Assembly: GCA_004431415.1 (NCBI GenBank) | Contig: QPMI01000503.1 | Location: 62,001-126,000, forward strand | Source of the DNA: Cyanophora paradoxa CCMP329 | Taxonomy: Eukaryota; Plantae; Glaucophyta | Length of the DNA stretch: 64,000 bases | Direction: 5' to 3' | Part shown: positions 12,532-24,429 of the stretch, in pieces | Position numbering within the stretch: position 1 is the first letter of the stretch | How the letters are laid out: the number at the start of each line of letters is the position of its first letter | The notes under the pieces: model-generated | Database searches by the model: none | What the model was told of the DNA's origin: nothing | The model's input: the letters and a program-made list of their open reading frames with translations, nothing else | Program-made: the position numbers and the translations under genes

Positions 12532-12826
12532 ATACGATTGCTGCCCGGATAGTTCGAAGAAGATAGTTCGGATTGTTGCTTCGCCGCGTGAGCAGCAAGG
12601 CGCGAACGCGCCGGGGGTGCGCAGACAAAGGCGATCCCCTCCGGGTCGCCCATGAGTGTTCCCATTTCAACTGTATTTACGAACCCAATCTATCACACAC
12701 TGCACCTGAATCTGCTGCACAATCTACAGCATCCAAAACTGCTCGAAAGACCTCTACAGGTTGCAATCTTGGCCGTGGGAGGGGAAGGAAGAGAAAGGAA
12801 GAGCGAAAGTCCCGGGGCATCCGGCA

Positions 12827-13688
12827 TTACTGACTCGACTCCCAGGTCTGGAAGTGCGGAGAGGTCGTGAGCCCGACCTTGGTAAGCAGCTCGGCCTGCT
12901 CTTTGGAGCAGTTCTTGAAGCCCGCCACACGCTTGAAGCAGTGTGTCGCCTTGCACTCGCAGTCGAACGGGCACTCCATCGTGTACTCTGAGGAGGAGAG
13001 GAAACGATCAGCGAACCGAGAGGGACACGCGCGACCCGTCGAGCGGGATAGGGGCACGTAAGCCACGAGGGATTCAGCAGCGCGCAACTGCATGTCATAG
13101 ACATGATACGCACCGGTAGTGAGATAGTTGAAGGTCAGCTCGCCGCCGGCCTTGATTGGCCGCCGGGCGTAGAAGGTGAGGGTCTTGAAGTCGAACGCGG
13201 TGCTCGGGTCACAGCTGACGGACTCGCATCTCAATACAAGGCGTCTGAATGACCTGAAAACGGGCGCTGACCTGTGGTTCATGAACGCGCAGTCCGTCCC
13301 GGTGGGGTCCCAATACCGGCCGTTCGAAATGGTAATCGCGTACTTGCTGCGAGTGCGAACAGTGTGTAAATAAAAGCGACAGAAAGGGCGACGAGCGCCA
13401 GGCCGCAGACCTGTTGATGGGCACGATGGGAAGGCCCGATAGCTGGCGGCAGCGTCAATTCGCCGCCGCGGCGTCGGCGGACGCTGGCACGTACGGAAAA
13501 TATGGTCTCGCCCTCTCCGATATCCGTGGTGGCCTCGACTATGCTGCGCGACGGCGTCGAATGACGTTGACGCCTAACAGGCGAAGCACGTACCTGCCGA
13601 GGTTCCCGCCGAGGAATGTGACCTTCACCTTGTGCGAGTATCCAGGCGCATTGCGAGCGGGCTCCTCGAGATTGCCCAGCGAGCCCAT
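12827..13688 (-). CDS. Small SET-domain methyltransferase with post-SET zinc motif
   Basis: FMNH(S)CDP, YARRPIKAGGELTFNY, post-SET FDCECKATHC; N-terminal SIVEATTDIGEGETIF; ATG at 13688. Confidence 0.88.
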
Positions 13689-14022
13689 CTTGCTAACGCG
13701 GTACGTACTCTATCGCCCAATCGAAAACCGATTGTACCCCTCCCCCGACTGGACAGTGCACGGGGCCGGGCCGGGCCGGGCCCGCGCCGGCGCCACGAAA
13801 CTGGCCGGCGCCGAATTTCGAGGCGCGAAAGACCCAGATCGATCAGAATGCACGTGCTTTAAAATTTGGCCGCTGCATCTGCAGCGCTAGCTCTAGCGCT
13901 ATGCTAGCTTCCATCCTTCTCTCCCCCTCCTTCAAATTCCGAAGTTCCCCCCCCCCCCGGCAAGCCGAAAAAAAGGAATCGGCAGCAGCAGTACTAGTGC
14001 AGCTCGTAGACGCGTTGCAGCC

Positions 14023-15005
14023 ATGAGCACGGCGCGCTACAATGTGTTCCCGACGCGTATGACACTCGGAGTGATGAAGCAGAAGTACGTGGGCGCCGTC
14101 AAGGGTCACAACCTGCTCAAGAAGAAGTCCGATGCCCTCACGATGCGCTTCCGCGCGCTCATCGGCAAGATCATCGAGACGAAGGAGCAGATGGGCGTGC
14201 AGATGAAGCAATCGTTCTTCTCGCAAGTCGAGGCGAAGTATGCAGCTGGCGACGACATCAAGTACTCCATCATACAGAACGTCGATAAGGCGACGCTCAA
14301 GCTAAAGATGCGGGTATGAGCTGCGCGCGCGCTCCGCCGCGGCGCATCCTGAGCAGCCTCCACGACCTTTCCAGGCCGACAACGTTGCTGGCGTGCAGCT
14401 GCCTATCTTCGAGCAGTTCGCGGAGGGTTCCGATGGCACTGAGCTTACCGGCTTGTCGAAAGGCGGCCAGCAGGTTCAGAACTGCAAGCAACTCTTCGTG
14501 AAGGCGATGGAGCTGCTCGTTCAGCTTGCGTCCCTGCAGACCGCTTTCATCACCCTTGACGAGGTGCAGCTGAGAAAACCATCTTTCCGTGCGGCTGCGC
14601 TCACCCGCCTTGCAGGCCATCAAGATTACGAACCGCCGCGTGAACGCTCTGGAGAACGTCGTGAAGCCGAAGCTTTCGAACACCATCTCGTATATCATCA
14701 GTGAGCTCGATGAGCTGGAGCGTGAGGAGTTCTTCAGGTGCGCTCTTGGTTCTCGTGGAGTCCCTGCACTGGATGTCTGATCGCTGGGCGCAGGCTGAAG
14801 AAGGTGCAAGGCAAGAAAAAGCGAGACGTAGAAGAAGAGCAGGCGGCACAGGCGCTGAAAGACGCGAGCTCCAAGCGATCAGGCTCTCAGGCTTCCAGCA
14901 TTCTGGAAGAGCACTCTTCGAAAGAGGGTTCGTTGCTCCTGGAGGCTTCCCTACACGCCCTTTCATGGCTGATGGCTTTTTTCGGACGCAGATATCATCT
15001 TCTAA
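14023..15005 (+). CDS. ATP6V1D: V-type H+-ATPase V1 subunit D
   Basis: FPTRMTL..GHNLLKKKSDAL, GLSKGGQQV, LASLQTAFITLDEAIKITNRRVNALE, ELDELEREEFFRLKKVQ; ends DIIF-stop. Confidence 0.97.
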
Positions 15006-15109
15006 GCAACCTTATCGCTCTCTTTATCGCCATCCTCCAATGCCCTCTTCCCCGTTTCCTTTCCTCTCTTCCTCATCGTCGTTCCTCAGACTGTGTCCCG
15101 AACCAAATC

Positions 15110-15144
15110 TGCTCTTTCTAAGCTACGGGCGCGCGGGACCACTC
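15110..15144. repeat. Isolated terminus A of dispersed repeat family
   Basis: TGCTCTTTCTAAGCTACGGGCGCGCGGGACCACTC, identical to the other copies. Confidence 0.85.
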
Positions 15145-16201
15145 TGGTATTTTCGGGTACCAGTGGAATAGCGTAGGGGCCTGCGCATGCACAAAAACGC
15201 TAGCCCTAGTAGGTGTTTAATTTGGCACTGGTATTTCCACCATGGGATTGGGGGCGGGGGAAACACAGCTTCTAGAAGCTCTAGCACGCCGTGACGAGCT
15301 CCTCAAAATCTCTCCCCCCCCTCTTGTTGCATTAGGGGCCGCCTAGTAGCTTTGATCGCATTTGGACACATACGAAAACGCAGGTCCGGGCTACAAGTGT
15401 GGGAATGTACACTGCGGCCGCCGCGGCCGCGGGCCCAGCCCACCAGCAAGCTGGCCAGCCGGGCCCTGCGTGGCCCTCTAAGGAGAGTAATGCGCCTCCC
15501 CGCGGACACTCTAGCTGGCTAGAGCTACACGTGCCCGCACGGCGTGGTGCTGCATCGCGTCTTGCGGCGGCGGGGGTCGTCTCGGGGCGGTGGCGGGAGC
15601 CCCTACAGGCCCTGGGGGGGGAGTCAGCCTGCGGTGGGCGCGAAAAGGGGTCAGATCGAAATCGAAAGGAATGCAGATCCAAATCAAAGCAAACGGGGGC
15701 GCACTCGATCGACGAGCCTCCCGCCCAGAGGAGCGCCTGCGCGGGCGATCACCTGGGGCGGCAAGCCTAGTAGCTTTGATCGTGATTGGGAGTTGGGCCG
15801 GGCCGCCGGGCGAGGTCGGACTTTGTTTTGAGGTTCGTCTGTGGCCAAAGAGGTTTGACTTCGATTCCAATATCAGGAGTCTGGCCCTTCGAATTCGAAT
15901 TCGCGCCCCCGGTGCAGCCTGGCAGCCTGGCAGGCAGACTCCATGTACATGTCGGATCCCCCAAGCCCGTAAAAAAAAAGGCTCCCACCAACACCCCAAG
16001 ACATGTTCATGACCGCGGCTGGTACCATGGGCCACCGCCTCGAGACACTGTGACATGTGGACGTTGCATAAATTGTCCACCAATATAAATTAGTTCAGCG
16101 TCTGCAGGTGATCATACGATCCGGCACTCGCCGCCAGTGCCCGGGGTGAGGCACATTACCCCCCTCATAGGGAAATGCAGGGCACGCGTTGCAGAGGGTA
16201 A

Positions 16202-16794
16202 TGCGGCGGGCTGGGAGCTGAGAGCTAAGAGCCGATATCGTTTTAGTGCGTGTCCAAATGCGTACTGGTTGGAAACTACAGAAGTCAGAATTAGATCTAG
16301 AGTTGCGGTTACGATCGGAATCAGAGCTGCGATTACGATCGGAATCAGAGCTGCGATTACGATCGGAATCAGAGCTGTGATTACGATCGGAATCAGAGCT
16401 GCGATTACGATCGGAATCAGAGCTGCGATTACGATCGGAATCAGAGCTGCGATTACGATCGGAATCAGAGCCTAGCCACGGCCTAGCCACGGCCTAGCCA
16501 CGGCGTTATTTTCCGTCTAGGGCGGGCTCGCCCTCCCAGCGCCGCCCGATCGCAATCGTAATCGTACTAATCGCACAGACCTCTCGCAGGAGCATCTTCA
16601 TCCGCTACGGCACCGGCGTGGACGCGAAGCGCCTGCTCACTGGAGTCAGCTCGTAGCTAGGCTCGGCTCCGATTCCTTTTTTTCCATCAGGGCACCAGTC
16701 CCTGCGGATTACGCTCTATCCCTAACAGCACGGGTACAGTTAAAGCGTTGACGGTCTAGGAGTGGTCCCGCGCGCCCGTAGCTTAGAAAGAGCA
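16202..16794. mobile_element. Composite member of modular repeat family (module B + 24-bp minisatellite + 11-bp repeats + long arm ending in terminus A)
   Basis: Module B 16202-16240 also at 23714 and 62762 (rc); ~6.5x GATTACGATCGGAATCAGAGCTGC at 16310-16470; 3x CTAGCCACGGC; 16578-16794 is the reverse complement of 23341-23563. Confidence 0.75.
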
Positions 16795-16856
16795 AATGCA
16801 GTGTACATTCCACACTCTATCCTAGAAAGAGCATACCTGTACCCTGGCGACTAGTA

Positions 16857-19800
16857 TCACAGGACATTGGCCTTCATCTCAGAGATTTTCTCCAAGATTT
16901 CGTCACGCTTCCAGCTCTTGAGGTTTGTGCATGTTCCATTGTGAACAAGTGCGCCTATTTGATCCATGCTGTACTCCTGCTCCCAATTTCAGCAAAGTCG
17001 AGGAGAGATACAGGGGAAATTTGGCGAACCATGTGCTGGCTGACCCAGTCCACAAACTCGCTTTCAGGTATAGAGAAGCCAACTATATAGTTTTGGACGT
17101 AATCCACTGCAGGAATTGGCCTGAAAACATGGTGAGGGTTGCGGAAACGAAAACACTGAAGGACATGCTCACCTGACAGTGCATCTTGATTCCAGTGCTG
17201 CAACGAGAACCAGCAGATCCTGCTTCATCTGGTCGTAGCCATCCTTTGGGCACTGCGTACAGTCATTCAGCACGGCTGCAGAATGAGGTTGCAGGATGAC
17301 GCAGGATGACCCACCTTGGACACCCGAGAGTATGAGTCCACAATTGTCTGCATGCCATGTGTAATCGATGCCTCCCAAAGCCCGGTCCTAGCCTGAAGAG
17401 GCACGCCAGCTTGAAGAGGCCCGCCATTGGAGTCTAATCCAGACCTAGTCTGAAGAGGCATGCCGTTCGAGTCCAGTGATGATACCTTATCCATATACTG
17501 TGCCAGCTCTTTCACAAGCACATCTGAAAGAAGGCAGTCAAAGCTGCAGCTCGAATGTGCGAATGTGTGCCAACGAGTCTGCACTTGCAGGCAACAAAGC
17601 ATTGGCAGCTTGCGGCGCAAAAAAGGATACTGACGTAGGGGTTGAATGGAGGCCGGTCTTCTTTGTCAGGTAGGCTATCCCACCGAATATCGAGAATTAG
17701 TTGCTTCACGCTATCGAGCTGTTGCGGAAGGCGAGGGTCAAGAGCCGTGAGCCTGCGGTGCCACAAGGCGAAAAAACGAACAGGTAGAAATTTGGTGCAG
17801 ATGTTCAGGTACATATGTTGGCGGAGCTCTGGAACAAGGTCAACAGATCTTGCAAAGAACTGCTTTGCAGTCTCTGTCTCGTCTTTGGGCAAGAGCTTTT
17901 GTATCCTCGGCTTGAGGAGATTGAGCACATTGCAAACGAACATCAGCGATTCGGTGGACACAGTCCTGAGAACAATGCCGAACATTGATGCCTCGGAATT
18001 CAATCGTTCCTGTCGGAAATGTTTTCAATCTCTTATACAGGATATCTGAAACAAAGTCGGGACACTCTCCCACCTGGACAGCAAAATTGACTGCAATTCC
18101 ACCAGCAGCGCCAACCTCAATGCCCGGTGCAAGGGCTGAGGACGAGCCAGGCTTGTTGATGAACTGGTCGCGCAGATGCACAAGGAGATTCCGCAGGCGA
18201 GGTGTAATTGCTGTGATATGGTGAGATTGCGCAGAAGGTCGATTCGCACATGAAATGGATGAACTCGCACCAGAGAATACAAACCAGTCCTGCATATCAT
18301 TTGTGTGGGTTGGGCTGAGCGCAAAAAGGCTGAAAACAGTGTAAATAAAGAGATCCACAAGATAGGTCATGCCCTGAGCTCGAATTAGATAAAACGATTT
18401 CTTGCAGAAATTCAATGCACTGACATGAAAAGCATCCAGCGCAATTGGAGACAGGATCTCCATCATGCTGACATATCGTCCAACTGTCCTTATCACCCTG
18501 AGGGACGTAGGGACAACAACAGGCCCTGCCAATGTGTCGAATCCATCTACAATTACGTGAGCATGAAGTGATTGAGGGTACAGAGGAATTTGGTTGCAAA
18601 GGTCGTACCGGGAGTTCTGCCAACAGGCGTCACGCCATCCTCCTGCTTCTCGCACAACTCCTCGTCTTGGGGAACATCAACAAGCTCCTCCTGCGAATTC
18701 ATGAATGCACGCTCTGCTCAAATAATTGCAGAGAGTGCACCTCATCTATGTCGTCACCAGCCTCATCTCCACCAACACTGGCACGTTCCCTTTGCGCCTT
18801 GGCACTTCTAAACGGGTTGGCGCCAGTCTGCAGAAATGTTCGACCAGATTCCGAAACGATGGCCTTTGCCAAAGCTCGGGATGAAGATGCCCGCAGTTCC
18901 TAGATTGCAAATTTAGTCTGGCAAAGCTGGCAGCAAGGATTCGTTGACCTTAATTTGGGAAACGTTGAATCCAATCGGCACAGGTGACCGCTGCCATGTC
19001 TCGTTCATAACCATGGTCCGAATAGCCTGAGATGGATCAGTCTACAAACGATTGCCCGAGGGGAGAAAAAAAGTGCCTCGATTGTCTCGTGGTGGTAGTG
19101 CTCGAAGTAACTCTTGCTCTGCTCTTTGATGCACCTTCTTAATACATTGGAGTCGCTCCCACTGAACTCTTCACCAGCCCTGATAAACTGCGGAAAAAAA
19201 GTTACGGGCAGGGAAGACAGAAGTGCGGGGTGCTCACGTTGTTTGTTGTGTCCATAAGAGTGAGAAACTGCTCCACTTTAAGGTGTGTAAACTGAACTGT
19301 GGACAAAAACTGAGCGATTCTCCTCTGCATTGCTTCCCACATGGTTTGCCGACACCTGCTGACGAGTTTCGAATCCGTAGAGCTGATAGTAAAGCGAACT
19401 ACCGACCTGTCGAGTGCGACTTCGATGTCTGGAAGCTGGGCTCCTCGAGATGCTGTCGGCGCCCCAGCTGGTCGTTTTGTGGCTCCACTTTCCCTACAGT
19501 TGCACATGAGATCGAGAGATCATTTCTACTGCAAAGAGATGTCGCACAGGGACTTGGCTCGGAGCCATGAAAGCATTGCATGGTGAGAGTGCATCAAGTC
19601 CACGAAGGCAGTGAACATTGTCCTCAGGCATTCCTGCACTCGGTCCTCCTCAAGGCGCGTCAAGAGATCCTTATATTTGGTCCTGCGTAAGGGAGAGGTC
19701 TCGGCCATAAATCAAATGGCGAGGCAAGAAGCAGACTCACTTTGTCTCGGAGCCTTCTGGGGGATGGCCTTGGTGGTGGGAAGATGATGCAGACCCAGCA

Positions 19801-21090
19801 AAGGATGAGCGAGAAGCAAAGGATGGGTAGGTGGGTGAGGTTGGCGAAGAAGGGGTTGGGACAAAGGAAGAGAGAGCCTGGGTGGCTGCCAGCTTTACAG
19901 CGTCCTCGAAGAATTCCGGAATCTGCAAAAATGTGAGAAAAAAAAGACATGATTCATGCCACAAGCAATACCGCCAACCTTGAAGACAACATACTGCATC
20001 ATTCGCATCGACTCGTATGCCGCCAAAACCCGCTGGTACGCGGCAGAATCGAATGCCCTGCACAATCGCGACAGTGCCTGCTCGACATGGACCTGGATCT
20101 CCTTCATGGTGTCCTGCATGGCATCTGCAAGAAGCCGCATGGGTGCCAGGTGCTTGAAGCGCTGAGCCTCTTTTTCGCAATCCTTGCAGTGGCGATAGGC
20201 TTCAGCGTAGTCGCCGCTTGCAAGAGCAGCCCGCATCGCCTCATGCATCTGCACAGCCCCTTCCATCTGCTTTAGCACCGCAGTGATGCCCTGAACTCGA
20301 GGTCAGCACAATGGGTGTGGTTTCACGGCAAACTCAAAACGAAGCAGAGACGCACGGATAACATGTTTCGCTTCTGGAACTTGGTAAGCACAGAGAGCCC
20401 CCCCGCAACAAGCTCACGCTCCGATGTAGCTAGAACTTTGCGACTCGTCCTGCACAGTTCGACCGTGCTCGCAAGGTCTTCCTCCAGGTTGGATATCATG
20501 TCCAGCTGCTCCACTGACACAGCAGCAGTTAGTGAGGGCAAGGACACTGCGGACTTCATGCGCACTGAAATCATCATGCTTGGTAAACACCGAGTCTGCA
20601 AGCTTTGCCGAGACAGCGCGCAGTGAGCGCTGCTTGGCACGAAGCTCCGTCTCCATCATCGCCTCATCCGCAAGAGCAGGGAGGCGCTCCAGCACAGCGC
20701 GTACTCCGTCGTAGTGTGGCTGATAGTACGCCTCGTGCAAACTCTGCATGGCCTCGACGTCTTCCAAAGGGTCGTCCGTCGACCGGAGCGGCATCTGCGG
20801 GATCGAATCAAAAGTCGCATAGTGTGCTGCGTTCGAGGAAGTCTGTGCACCAGGACAGGAACGATCGGCTCGTTCGCCGTCGTCGCGTAGTTGAAGAACA
20901 AAGGCTGCGCGGGTATCGCGAAGCGCTGATACTCCGACGCATGCGCTCCTGCCTCGCCTTCTTCGCCCGCAGGGCCAGGCTGCGCAGCGGCTGCCGCCGC
21001 CGCCGCCGCGCCAGCAGGCCCCGCGTTCGGATCCTCCTCATCCGACGACGAGTCGATCATGCGACGCGCGGCATCGAACACGCCGCCCAT
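16857..21090 (-). CDS. VPS50: Syndetin / VPS50 (EARP complex subunit), many introns
   Basis: Segments TMWEAMQRRIAQFL, FIRAGEEFSGSDSNVLRRCIKEQSKSYFEHYH..NETW, VGRYVSMMEILSPIA, TESLMF, DYVQNYIVGF; C-terminus EYSMDQIGALV..EILEKISEMKANVL-stop at 16857. Confidence 0.88.
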
Positions 21091-21349
21091 CTAAGCAGCG
21101 CAAGGCGATTAGATTAGCTAACGAAGCAGACGAGGCCAGTGCGCTTGCCTTGCGCTTCCAGTTGTCAAAGCGGATGCCCTCCTTGCCGCCACCTTTGTCG
21201 GATGCCTGGAAGCTCATCGAACGAGCCTTATCGAAGAGCCTAGCGACAAGCGGTCAGAGGCGCTGGCAAGGCGCGCCGCGCGGACGGACCCGCCAATCGC
21301 AGCTCCCAAGCGGTCTCCAGCGGCGCTCGCCGCTGCCGTCGCCTGGCTC

Positions 21350-22334
21350 ATGGACGACGGCGCCGGGTCGCTCGATCCGTACAGCGCCGCGGAGAAGCCA
21401 GCGGCCGGCGCCGCGGGCGCAGCTGGCGGCGATGCGGACATCGGGCAGCTCACGCCGCGACCCGCTTTGACCGCAGATGCGAATGGGAGCGCCCTCGGAG
21501 GTGCGCCCGCGCCTTCGTCAGGCTGCCGCGTACCCCCGAAAACCTGGCGTTGAGCGTTCGTCCGTTTCTTCCTTGAAGCCTCCCACGAAGGCTGCCTGCA
21601 AATAGAGAGTAAATTGCAGTCTACGAGCGCTGTCCGCTGGCGACTCCCGTCGCGAGCCGACAGGCCTCGGCGCCGCAGCATGTGGCCGCGCGGCCCGCTT
21701 TCGCGCGGGCGTTCGCGTGCCAGCTGCAGCACGGGGGGTCGGAGACGCCGGAATACGTGCAGATCGCCGGCGTTCTCATCGGCGTCTACGCCCAGGGCTC
21801 TCGCGCGACTTTCCTCAGTGCGTTCGAACTCGAACCCAGTCAACACGGCCGCCGGGCCGCAGCAGTCGAGCGCTGACTCGGCTCGCGTTTTGATTTTTTG
21901 CAGTCGACGACGGGACTGGCGTGGTGGCGGGCGTGTCGTGGGACGAGGATTTCTTCGAGCTATGCGAATGCCTGCGCGTGCAGGACGCACGGGGGTCCTT
22001 CGTCGTCGCGCGGGGACGAGTATCGTGGAAGGAGGAGGCCAGGCAGTTTCTCCCTCCTGGAACTACAGAGCTGCACCTTGCGTCGCTCGGTAAGCTAGTA
22101 ACAACGTAACAACGGAGCTGCTGGAACGTGAACCACGGAGCCCAAATGTTTGATCCAATTGCGCATGGTTTCGAGCTTCCTCTGATCGGGGTGCGGCAGC
22201 CGAAGACAACGAGCGAGACGCGGAGGCAAAGCACTGGGTGGATGTGGTGTCGAAGTCGCCCTTGGCGGGGACCCCGCACGCCAGCAGGACATAAAGCAGA
22301 TCTGCTGTGTGCATCTGAAGCGCCATCCCTATAG
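21350..22334 (+). CDS. OB-fold ssDNA-binding protein (STN1/RPA2-like); 3' end uncertain
   Basis: YVQIAGVLIGV and (V/I)DDGTGVVAGVSW match the STN1/RPA32 OB-fold pattern (V..G.v.gv..DDGTG...W). Confidence 0.5.
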
Positions 22335-22384
22335 CTAGTTCCTCGCCCTAGATTACATTTTAGATTGCAAAATTCGACTACTTC

Positions 22385-22556
22385 TACTCTTTCTAAGCTA
22401 CGGGCGCGCGGGACCACTCCTAGACCGTCAACGCTTTAACTGTACCCGTGCTGTTAGGGATAGAGCGTAACCCGCAGGGACTGGTGCCCTGATGGAAAAA
22501 AGGAATCGGAGCCGAGCCTAGCTACGAGCTGACTCCAGTGAGCAGGCGCTTCGCGT
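22385..22556. mobile_element. Terminus A plus truncated long arm of repeat family
   Basis: Near-identical direct repeat of 23341-23519. Confidence 0.85.
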
Positions 22557-22741
22557 GGCCGCCTTGGCCGCCAGCGGCCGAGCAGCCGCCGAGTCTGCCG
22601 AGCCGTGCACTCATAATTATAAGATGTCAGTAAGAGGAGTTTAAGTACAGCCCGCTGCAGCTCCAAAAGAAGCTATGCATCAGCTAGTCTTGTGGCTAGC
22701 CCTGTGGGTTTCTCTGCAGCTGCAAACTTCAGAAGGAGCAT

Positions 22742-23320
22742 CTACCCGTCCATGAGAGGACAATAATGCTCTGGAAGAGCATCAGAGGACAAGTGCGAAG
22801 TAAATTTGCCAGGGGGTCAGGGCACACACACCCTCGAGAAAATGAGCCAGACAAATCCAAACTTCCCGCATATCACTCCTCCGGGGCTTGATGATTATCC
22901 TCCAGTTGGACTCGACTGTGCTTTCGGTCGAGGAGAAGACACAAATCTAGAGAGAGTGTGAGGCTAAAAAAAATCGACACAAATCGGATCTTCAGACTCA
23001 CAGGATGGCCATACACCTCACTGGCTGCAATCAGCGTATAATGATCTCCCCACATGACAACCGGCTTGCGGTCAGGATCCGCCATTTGGTTACAGTAATC
23101 GCCCCACGACTCGAATCCAAGGAGGTCCTTTCGTTTGAGCCTTCAAACTGTGCAAGAAGACCGTCGGACCATCGGTATGTCGGAGCCTCGGAGCACGCGA
23201 GAGGCTGGAGAAGCGAGCAGCTGACTTCGGCCTGGCAATCGTTGATGGCACTGATTGCTCTGGAAACTGCCAGTTTGACAGTGTGCGTCTGTATTAGGGT
23301 TAGGGCTCTCAGAGTCTTTT
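22742..23320 (-). pseudogene. C-terminal half of an OTU-family deubiquitinase, lacking the catalytic Cys loop
   Basis: Spliced SWGDYCNQMAD..MWGDHYTLIAASEVYGHP/ICVFSS..VWICLAHFLEEHYCPLMDG-stop (OTU WGD..TL.AA and HY motifs). Upstream part is cut by the repeat at 23341. Confidence 0.65.
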
Positions 23321-23340
23321 GATATCAACCCAGAAGGACC

Positions 23341-23791
23341 TACTCTTTCTAAGCTACGGGCGCGCGGGACCACTCCTAGACCGTCAACGCTTTAACTGTA
23401 CCCGTGCTGTTAGGGATAGAGCGTAACCCGCAGGGACTGGTGCCCTGATGGAAAAAAAGGAATCGGAGCCGAGCCTAGCTATAGCTACGAGCTGACTCCA
23501 GTGAGCAGGCGCTTCGCGTCCACGCCGGTGCCGTAGCGGATGAAGATGCTCCTGCGAGAGGTCCGTAATTCTTGTCTAGCTGCAAGATGCGAGGGGGAAC
23601 TTAGCTAGCTGCATGATGCTTGGAGCTGATCGTAATCGTAATTCTTGTCTAGCTGATGCTTGGAGCTGATCGTAGTCGTAATTCTTGTCGAGGGCGCGGG
23701 GGTGCCCCCGGGCCTCTTAGCTCTCAGCTCCCAGCCCGCCGCAACCGGTACCGTGATTACGATCGTACTTCGGATCGTAATAGTAATCGTT
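23341..23791. mobile_element. Composite member of modular repeat family (terminus A + long arm + module C + module B with hairpin)
   Basis: Shares its arm with 16578-16794, module C with 1316-1430 and module B with 62762-62848 (ATTACGATC..GATCGTAAT inverted repeat). Confidence 0.8.
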
Positions 23792-24429
23792 TATATTTAA
23801 ATTGCTTTCTCGTCCCAGCGGCCCGACGCCGCCATGCTTTTAGACGCACTCCGAAACGATGCATTCTTTCCTGTTGGCTTGCCCCTGAACGACGCCGAGA
23901 GCTGCTGAAGGTTGAGTCCGAATCCAGACCTGGGACCCCGGTCAAGTCTAGAGTGCGGCCCGATCCGAGCTACGAGATTTGTCGAGATGATCGGCGCTAG
24001 TTGCGTACGACTCACTTGTTCGTATCCCGCAAGCTCCGGCTGTTACTCCGAGCGAGCGGCGCCTTAACGAAGCCCTCGGGTGCCCGCGTTGTCATCGCCC
24101 GATTGACCGAGCGATCTAAAAGAGCCTTTGCCGCTAAGCCGCCTTAACCGCTAAGCCGCGCAGCGTCTTGGCTGCCTTGGCCGGCTTGGCCGGCTTGGCC
24201 GCCTTGGCCGCCAGCGGCCGAGCAGCCGCCGAGTCTGCCGAGCCTCAGCAGCCGAGCCTGCGAGCAGCCGAGCCTGCCGAGCGCAGCCGAGCCTGCCGAG
24301 CAGCTGAGGCTGCTGAGCAGCTGAGGCTGGAGGGGGGTACAGAACGACTGGCTTCCTGTGAGGCCAGGGCGCAGTGAGATGCACTGGCGCGGTGCAGTTT
24401 TCGGGTGAACGACGAGAGAGCTCGCTGCG

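Noticed and set aside
16310-16470. Repeat-protein ORFs (SSDSDRNR / ITIGIRAA; also KLDESWTKVGR at 61-62 kb)
   Set aside because: Translations of non-coding minisatellites.
23293-23305. TTAGGGTTAGGG telomere-like seed
   Set aside because: Only two units; expected by chance.
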